A DNA stretch of 64,000 bases from Cytophagaceae bacterium. GTDB lineage: Bacteria; Bacteroidota; Bacteroidia; Cytophagales; Flexibacteraceae. Positions 58,170 to 64,000 of this stretch are shown in pieces. The stretch is from assembly GCA_027487695.1 (NCBI GenBank), contig JAIYDB010000019.1:15372-79371 (forward strand), read 5' to 3'. The notes beneath the pieces are model-generated. The model was not told where the DNA came from. It saw nothing but the letters and a program-made list of their open reading frames with translations, and did not search any database. A program made the position numbers and the translations under genes. How positions within the stretch are numbered: the stretch's first letter is position 1; each line of letters opens with the position of its first letter.

Positions 58170-58994
58170 ATGCAATCAGTCGTTTCCTGGGAAACAATAA
58201 AGGAGTTTAAAGAAATCCTTTTTCAATATTATAATGGTGTAGCAAAAATTAGCATTAACAGACCTCACGTTCATAATGCTTTTACACCGCTTACCGTAAA
58301 CGAAATGATTGAGGCAATGGAAATTGCCCGTCAAGATACCCGCGTAGGTGTCATCATTTTAACAGGTGAAGGCGGCAAAGCCTTCTGTAGTGGTGGCGAT
58401 CAAAGTGTTCGTGGTCATGGTGGCTATGTTGGTACTGACCAAGTTCCAAGATTGAATGTACTTGACCTTCAAAGGCAAATCCGTTCAATACCTAAACCAG
58501 TAATTGCTATGGTTGCAGGTTGGGCGATTGGTGGCGGACACGTGCTACACGTTGTTTGCGACCTTTCCATTGCCGCTGAAAATGCACGTTTCGGACAAAC
58601 TGGTCCTAAAGTAGGATCGTTCGATGGTGGGTTTGGAGCTAGTTATTTAGCCCGTGTTGTTGGTCAGAAAAAGGCAAGAGAAATCTGGTACCTATGTGAC
58701 CAATACAACGCTCAAGAAGCTCTAGATATGGGACTAGTTAACAAAGTTGTTCCTTTAGAAGAACTTGAAGCTACCACCCTTGCTTGGTGTGAAAAAATAC
58801 TTGATAAAAGCCCTCTTGCCTTAAGAATGCTAAAGAGTGCATTTAATGCTGAACTTGACGGACAAGCAGGTATTCAAGAATTAGCTGGTAACGCTACCCT
58901 ACTCTATTACCTATCTGATGAAGCTAAAGAAGGCCGCAATTCATTTATTGAAAAGCGTAAGCCAGATTTTTCTAAATACCCTAAGTTTCCTTAA
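58170..58994 (+). CDS. menB: 1,4-dihydroxy-2-naphthoyl-CoA synthase
   Basis: 274 aa crotonase fold. Motifs [15 protein letters not shown] and GWAIGGG. Confidence 0.95.
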   Translation: MQSVVSWETIKEFKEILFQYYNGVAKISINRPHVHNAFTPLTVNEMIEAMEIARQDTRVGVIILTGEGGKAFCSGGDQSVRGHGGYVGTDQVPRLNVLDLQRQIRSIPKPVIAMVAGWAIGGGHVLHVVCDLSIAAENARFGQTGPKVGSFDGGFGASYLARVVGQKKAREIWYLCDQYNAQEALDMGLVNKVVPLEELEATTLAWCEKILDKSPLALRMLKSAFNAELDGQAGIQELAGNATLLYYLSDEAKEGRNSFIEKRKPDFSKYPKFP

Positions 58995-59027
58995 TATAAT
59001 TGTACCTAAACCTTTAATTAATTCAAT

Positions 59028-59576
59028 ATGAAAAAGTCATTACTAATTTTAGCTGCAGCATTTACCCTTGTAGCTTGTAGCAAAGAAAACAAAACCGAAA
59101 CAGCTAATGCATCTGATAGTACACAAGTACAAGAAACAGCTGTTGTAGGCTTAGATATGCCACAGGATGGTTTTAACCTTTATGGTGATACCATTGAAGT
59201 GAAAGGTGCCTTAACCTTAGATAGCCTAAAGCAACAAGTAATTGCTAACGGTCCTCAAAAGGTGAAAGTTTACGGTAAAGTACACAGCACTTGCCAAAAC
59301 AAAGGATGTTGGATGAAAGTGTATTTACCAGATGGTAAAGAAACTATGCACGTAATGTTCAAAGATTATGGTTTCTTTGTTCCACTAGCAGGAATGGAAA
59401 ATAAGCTTTCAGTTATAGAAGGCGAAGCCTATTTAGACACTGTATCAGTTGATGATTTAAAGCACTTTGCAGAAGATGCTCATAAATCAAAGGCAGAAAT
59501 TGATGCTATAAAGGAGCCGAAAATTGAGCTTTCGTTCACTGCAAGTGGCGTAGCTATAGAAAAAGAAGCAAAATAA
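59028..59576 (+). CDS. DUF4920 domain-containing lipoprotein
   Basis: Lipobox LVAC and motif CQNKGCWM. Confidence 0.65.
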   Translation: MKKSLLILAAAFTLVACSKENKTETANASDSTQVQETAVVGLDMPQDGFNLYGDTIEVKGALTLDSLKQQVIANGPQKVKVYGKVHSTCQNKGCWMKVYLPDGKETMHVMFKDYGFFVPLAGMENKLSVIEGEAYLDTVSVDDLKHFAEDAHKSKAEIDAIKEPKIELSFTASGVAIEKEAK

Positions 59577-59580
59577 ATTT

Positions 59581-60180
59581 ATGGAAAAGGCCAACCAGCC
59601 CAACTTCATCGAGAAACTGCGCCAAAATACCCTTTATTGGTTTTTGGCGCAGGCTATCGTTATGTATGTAGCCTATCAGGCTTTCGATAAGTTCTATTTA
59701 GAAAAGAACAGAAGCCTAAACCAATCGCTCACCCAAAATATTGCAGAGGTTTCTGCTTGGGGTTTACGTGGATTAGGTTACGACTCTTATGCCGCTCAAA
59801 AACAATTCAATACAGAAGTACACGATATTATCTATATCAATGCACGCCAAACTGTATATATTGAAGATGGCTGTAATGGGCTTGTTTTAATGGCCTTTTT
59901 CGTGATTTTTATAATAGCTTACCCTGGACCAATTGTTAAAAAGTTATGGTACATTCCAGCAGGAATGTTTGTAATCTATACCATAAATGTGGTCCGTTGT
60001 ATGGTATTGGCAGTTAATATCTTATACAACCCTGCAAGTTTTGACTTTAACCATAAATACTTGTATAGTACCTTAATTTACATTGCCATTTTCGGGCTTT
60101 GGATGCTATGGGCTAATAAGTTAAGTGGTAATAGTTTTAACCAGCTGGGTACACAAAATACACCAGAAACTGATGCTTGA
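59581..60180 (+). CDS. xrtF: Exosortase family protein XrtF
   Basis: 199 aa, polytopic. Cys98 (EDGCNG), Arg139 (NVVRC) and His158 (FNHKY). The Cys-to-Arg spacing of 41 residues is as in exo/archaeosortases. Confidence 0.75.
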   Translation: MEKANQPNFIEKLRQNTLYWFLAQAIVMYVAYQAFDKFYLEKNRSLNQSLTQNIAEVSAWGLRGLGYDSYAAQKQFNTEVHDIIYINARQTVYIEDGCNGLVLMAFFVIFIIAYPGPIVKKLWYIPAGMFVIYTINVVRCMVLAVNILYNPASFDFNHKYLYSTLIYIAIFGLWMLWANKLSGNSFNQLGTQNTPETDA

Positions 60181-60829
60181 TAAATTTGGTATAGCCAAAA
60201 GGATTGCACGTGAAGTGCAAGACGGAATGTATGTGAACCTTGGAATTGGTATTCCTACTTTGGTTGCAAATTATATCCCTGAAGGGATGAACGTTGTTTT
60301 GCAATCTGAAAACGGCCTATTAGGTATTGGTCCCTTCCCTTTTGAAGAAGATGTAGATGCCGATTTAATTAACGCAGGTAAGCAAACAGTAACTATGGTT
60401 GCGGGGTCATCCTTGTTTAGTAGTGCTGAAAGCTTTGCTATGATTAGAGGCGGACACGTTCACCTAACCATTTTAGGCGCTATGGAGGTTTCAGAAAATG
60501 GCGATATAGCCAATTGGAAAATTCCAGGTAAAATGGTGAAAGGTATGGGCGGCGCTATGGACTTAGTTGCCAGTGCCGACAATATAATTGTGGCTATGCA
60601 ACATTGCAGTAAAGATGGTAAAAGCAAGTTGTTGAAGCAGTGCAGCCTACCTATAACTGGAATAAAGTGCGTTAAGAAAATAGTTTCAGATATGGCAGTT
60701 TTGGATGTAATACCAGGCGTAGGTTTCAAGTTATTGGAAAGAGCCCCAGGTATTTCAGTCCAAGAAATTATTAATGCCACCGAAGGCACCCTAATTGTGG
60801 AAGGTGAAATTCCTGAAATGTCTATCTAA
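60173..60829 (+). CDS. scoB: 3-oxoacid CoA-transferase subunit B
   Basis: Motifs YVNLGIGIPT and SENG (catalytic Glu region). The ATG overlaps the xrtF stop by 8 nt. Confidence 0.88.
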   Translation: MLDKFGIAKRIAREVQDGMYVNLGIGIPTLVANYIPEGMNVVLQSENGLLGIGPFPFEEDVDADLINAGKQTVTMVAGSSLFSSAESFAMIRGGHVHLTILGAMEVSENGDIANWKIPGKMVKGMGGAMDLVASADNIIVAMQHCSKDGKSKLLKQCSLPITGIKCVKKIVSDMAVLDVIPGVGFKLLERAPGISVQEIINATEGTLIVEGEIPEMSI

Positions 60830-60841
60830 CACATTACTGTT

Positions 60842-61663
60842 ATGTTCAAAAAATTAAAAGCACTATTTCTTGCAGGTTCTTTAATACTTACGTTTAACGG
60901 TTGTTCAAAAGACGATGATGGGATTGAGTGTGAGCTTATTCCTTTCAATGCATTTACTGTTTCCCAAGATAGGGAACTTGGTATGCAGGTAGAAGCTCAA
61001 ATAGCAGCTGCCCCTATTGAATATCCTATTATGCCTGAACAGGGTAATGAGGCTGCTTATGCCTATCTACGAAATATTCGGGATAAAATTTTGAACAGCG
61101 GAAACGTAAAAAACAAAGATAACTTTGAGTGGAAGCTATATTTGATTAAAGACGATAATACGCTCAATGCCTTCTGTACTCCTGGTGGTTATATCTATGT
61201 TTATACTGGGCTAATCAAATTCTTGGATACAGAAGATGATTTAGCTGGTGTTATTGGTCATGAAATTGCTCATGCAGATAAGCGTCATTCATCAAAATCT
61301 ATGACTACCCAATATGGAGTAGATGCTGTTTTGAAAATAGTGTTAGGTAATGGCGACCCTAATTTGCTTACTCAAATTGCTTCACAGCTAGGTACTTTAA
61401 AGTATTCTCGTTGCCATGAAACTGAAGCAGATGCAGCTTCAGTTGATTACCTTTCTGGAACTAGTTACCGTTGCAATGGTGCAGCTACTTTCTTTGAAAA
61501 GCTAAAGTCAATGGGTGGAGCAAATACTCCAACATTCCTAAGCACTCACCCTTCACCAGATAATAGGGTTGAAGATATCAATAAACGTGCGGCAGATAAA
61601 GGTTGTAGAACAACAGGTAGTACTTCAGACCCTGGATATCAGACGTTTAAAAACTCTTTGTAG
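60842..61663 (+). CDS. M48 family metalloprotease lipoprotein
   Basis: Motif HEIAHADKRH and lipobox FNGC. Confidence 0.85.
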   Translation: MFKKLKALFLAGSLILTFNGCSKDDDGIECELIPFNAFTVSQDRELGMQVEAQIAAAPIEYPIMPEQGNEAAYAYLRNIRDKILNSGNVKNKDNFEWKLYLIKDDNTLNAFCTPGGYIYVYTGLIKFLDTEDDLAGVIGHEIAHADKRHSSKSMTTQYGVDAVLKIVLGNGDPNLLTQIASQLGTLKYSRCHETEADAASVDYLSGTSYRCNGAATFFEKLKSMGGANTPTFLSTHPSPDNRVEDINKRAADKGCRTTGSTSDPGYQTFKNSL

Positions 61664-61686
61664 TTTTTAATATTAAAATAAAACCT

Positions 61687-61708
61687 AGGCGGGCTAAATA
61701 GTCCGCCT
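61687..61708 (+). terminator. Terminator of the M48 gene
   Basis: Stem AGGCGGGC/GTCCGCCT followed by TTTTTT. Overlaps the 3' end of the convergent ORF. Confidence 0.65.
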
Positions 61709-62200
61709 TTTTTGTGCGATAACTCGCCAAAGCTTCCCGTACAAATTAAGCAGCAAAAGTTCTAATATTAACATTGCAAAAGCACCTACTAGCATTAGTA
61801 TAAAACTAATCACGTAATTCCACCACTCCCAGTTTGGGTTAAAATATCGATCTAGCGCTACTGAAAAACAAATACTTAACCATCCAGCACCTAGCAGTAT
61901 GATGTGAAACCTTCTAAGGTTTAGGTGAAAAATTAGCAAACCATTAAAATACCTAGTGAAAGGTATAAAGGTCAGTAAAAACAAAGTATCTATTAGCAAA
62001 GTAAGCTCAAGGATACCTGAAATGCTAATACCTTGAAATTCAAATAAATGCCCAATACCTAATATCTTTAGCAAAGGTATTATAAGTATTTTTAATAACC
62101 CCAAACCTTTAAAAAGCAGAAAAGCACCAACCCCAAAGAGCAGTGCTTTCCATTTCTTTTTTTCTTTGCGAGGTTGGCTTTCTTTTAAGTTTTCAGCCAT
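61694..62200 (-). CDS. Hypothetical polytopic membrane protein
   Basis: 168 aa. Lys-rich N-terminus and 4-5 hydrophobic helices. Lies 8 nt downstream of the barrel gene. Confidence 0.5.
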   Translation of the reverse strand: MAENLKESQPRKEKKKWKALLFGVGAFLLFKGLGLLKILIIPLLKILGIGHLFEFQGISISGILELTLLIDTLFLLTFIPFTRYFNGLLIFHLNLRRFHIILLGAGWLSICFSVALDRYFNPNWEWWNYVISFILMLVGAFAMLILELLLLNLYGKLWRVIAQKRRTI

Positions 62201-62208
62201 ATAGCTAA

Positions 62209-62766
62209 TTAGAATTTAAAGCCAATATTTAAACCTGCCCTACCAAAATACCTAGCATTAAAGTACAAGCTTCTATCCTTTGCAGCACCTGATTCAAAGT
62301 TCCTTTGGAACTGAGGACCTGCATAAAGGTCAATGCTTATTCTATCGTTAAAAACGAAATTGTGACCTAAGTTTAAACCAAAACCAAGGAGTTGGTGTAT
62401 GCCTTCTCTATCAACAATATCTCCTGAAGGTGATTGAAGCCTAATTTGATCATTTATTTTAGCATATTGATATCGCACATAAGGTGCAATGTAGTAGCCA
62501 CTGTAAACATTACTTTTAAAGTAAAAACGTACTTCAGGCGAAATCCCAAAACCTGACCATTTTACATCGTCATAACTATGACCTAGGATAAAAAAATCTG
62601 ACCCAGCAGTAATATCATCACTTAGAACATGTTCGTAAGCCAAGTAAAACCCTCCTAAAATAGGAGCGTGCAAGTTCAACTTAACAGTATGCATTCTAGT
62701 ATCCTGAGCGCTAGCTAGTGTTGTGAGACCTAATGAAATAGCTAATAGGAATAGGAGTTTTTTCAT
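62209..62766 (-). CDS. Small outer-membrane beta-barrel protein (DUF3575-like)
   Basis: Signal peptide ending ASAQ. C-terminal LNIGFKF. Confidence 0.5.
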   Translation of the reverse strand: MKKLLFLLAISLGLTTLASAQDTRMHTVKLNLHAPILGGFYLAYEHVLSDDITAGSDFFILGHSYDDVKWSGFGISPEVRFYFKSNVYSGYYIAPYVRYQYAKINDQIRLQSPSGDIVDREGIHQLLGFGLNLGHNFVFNDRISIDLYAGPQFQRNFESGAAKDRSLYFNARYFGRAGLNIGFKF

Positions 62767-62912
62767 TCTGAAATTGTTTGAGATTTTTTAAGTTTTTGAG
62801 CGTTTAACTTATAAAAGTAAAGTTAACTAAATCAGATTATTTATTAGGGCTATTGTTTGTAAAGGATCAAAAATCAATCCATTGTTAATTGCAATATCCA
62901 AATTAAAGCAAA

Positions 62913-62942
62913 AACCCATCAAGTAATATTACCTGATGGGTT
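62913..62942 (-). terminator. Terminator of groEL
   Basis: 9-bp stem AACCCATCA/TGATGGGTT. T-rich tract on the minus strand. Confidence 0.7.
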
Positions 62943-62964
62943 TTAAAAAAACGGATGTTCAGAA

Positions 62965-64000
62965 TTACATCATTCCGCCCATACCTGGGTTCATGCCAGC
63001 ACCGCCAGCATTGTTGTTTTCTTCTGGCTCATCGGCAACTACACATTCTGTAGTTAATAATAATGAAGCAATAGATGCTGCATTTTCTAATGCCAAACGA
63101 GTTACTTTAGTTGGGTCTATAATACCAGCAGCAAAGAAGTTTTCGTACTTATCTGAACGAGCATTGTAACCAAAGTCGCCAGTACCTTCCAATACTTTGT
63201 TAATTACTACTGAACCTTCACCACCTGCATTCGCTACAATAGTGCGAAGAGGAGCTTGAAGTGCCATACGGATAATATTTACACCAATCTTCTCATCTTC
63301 ATCAGAAGTTACTACGCTCTCTAATGTTTGAGTTGCACGTAATAAGGCTACACCGCCACCTGGAACAATACCTTCTTCTACTGCAGCACGAGTTGCATGA
63401 AGGGCATCATCTACACGGTCTTTCTTTTCTTTCATTTCTACTTCAGTAGCAGCACCAATATAAAGGATGGCAACACCACCACTTAACTTGGCCAAACGCT
63501 CTTGAAGTTTTTCCTTATCATAGTCGCTAGTGGTGTTTTCCATTTGCGCCTTGATTTGGTTGATACGACCAGTGATATCTTCTGCTAAACCAGCACCGTT
63601 CACAATGGTAGTATTATCTTTATCTACAATTACTTTTTCAGCAGTACCTAAATACTCTAAAGTAGCGCTTTCTAATTTGTAGCCACGCTCTTCACTAATT
63701 ACTTGACCACCTGTAAGAACAGCAATATCTTCTAACATTGCCTTTCTACGATCGCCAAAGCCTGGAGCCTTAACAGCAGCAATTTTCAGAGCACCACGGA
63801 TTTTGTTAACTACTAAAGTCGCAAGGGCTTCGCCATCTACATCTTCAGCAACAATTACCAATGGACGACCAGTTTGAACAACTTGCTCTAATACTGGCAT
63901 TAGTTCGCGCATATTGCTGATTTTCTTATCGTAAATCAGGATATATGGGCGATCCATTTCTACTTCCATTTTCTCCGTATTGGTTACGAAGTATGGAGAA
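62965..64000 (-). CDS. groEL: Chaperonin GroEL, C-terminal ~345 aa (5' end outside the window)
   Basis: Motif [12 protein letters not shown] and tail [10 protein letters not shown]. The frame is open to the window edge (..[15 protein letters not shown]..). Confidence 0.97.
   Translation of the reverse strand, partial: SPYFVTNTEKMEVEMDRPYILIYDKKISNMRELMPVLEQVVQTGRPLVIVAEDVDGEALATLVVNKIRGALKIAAVKAPGFGDRRKAMLEDIAVLTGGQVISEERGYKLESATLEYLGTAEKVIVDKDNTTIVNGAGLAEDITGRINQIKAQMENTTSDYDKEKLQERLAKLSGGVAILYIGAATEVEMKEKKDRVDDALHATRAAVEEGIVPGGGVALLRATQTLESVVTSDEDEKIGVNIIRMALQAPLRTIVANAGGEGSVVINKVLEGTGDFGYNARSDKYENFFAAGIIDPTKVTRLALENAASIASLLLTTECVVADEPEENNNAGGAGMNPGMGGMM

Noticed and set aside
60460-60789. 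109-aa ORF antisense to scoB
   Set aside because: It is a shadow ORF within a well-supported CoA-transferase frame.
62804-62826. TTAACTT-N9-AAGTTAA palindrome upstream of the small barrel gene
   Set aside because: A 7-bp AT-only stem in an AT-rich intergenic region is within chance expectation.
62936-63169. 77-aa plus-strand ORF over the groEL 3' end
   Set aside because: It is antisense to the conserved GroEL C-terminus and starts inside the groEL terminator.
1-64000. Search for a CRISPR array, tRNA, rRNA or other structured RNA genes, prompted by the cas6-like gene
   Set aside because: The largest non-coding gaps are 100-265 nt (15704-15968, 36365-36559, 62767-62964, 25956-26104). None shows spaced direct repeats or cloverleaf-like complementarity. 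By-eye scanning only.

Overview
This is a gene-dense (roughly 90% coding) chromosomal segment that looks like a Bacteroidota genome. Supporting signs are about 40% GC, type IX secretion (T9SS) genes, an XrtF exosortase, a GWxTD protein, DUF2723, TAnnTTTG-type -7 promoter boxes and several forced non-ATG starts. I count about 58 credible protein genes. I see no rRNA or tRNA gene, no CRISPR array and no transposase, integrase or phage gene.

Most of the content is housekeeping:
- Translation and core functions: leuS, ileS, tsf, typA, obg, tsaC, groEL (partial), yidC, pyrG, pyrC and cdd.
- Haem genes (hemE, hemB, hemF) and menaquinone genes (menF, menA, ubiE/menG, menB) are present but dispersed.

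The less ordinary items are:
1. A DUF1778/GNAT (TacA/TacT-like) toxin-antitoxin pair with two perfect palindromic operators.
2. A stand-alone Cas6-like gene with no array or other cas genes.
3. A PolX whose polymerase catalytic Asp pair appears to be replaced while the PHP nuclease motifs are intact.
4. A secreted-protease operon (M1 peptidase, then a 1681-aa C25/PorU-like cysteine peptidase with a T9SS C-terminal domain, then a DUF5686 barrel).
5. An XrtF exosortase without its usual adjacent partner gene.
6. An ExbB-ExbD-GWxTD-acyltransferase-DUF2723 operon with no TonB.
7. A cytochrome-c-like/DUF5777/YceI cluster next to menB.
8. A tandem duplication of the 5' end of an SPFH gene.

I cannot point to one clear-cut new system. 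Items 2 to 6 are the best leads. All family assignments were made by eye from motifs, with no searches run, and many starts were re-set from the supplied ORF track.
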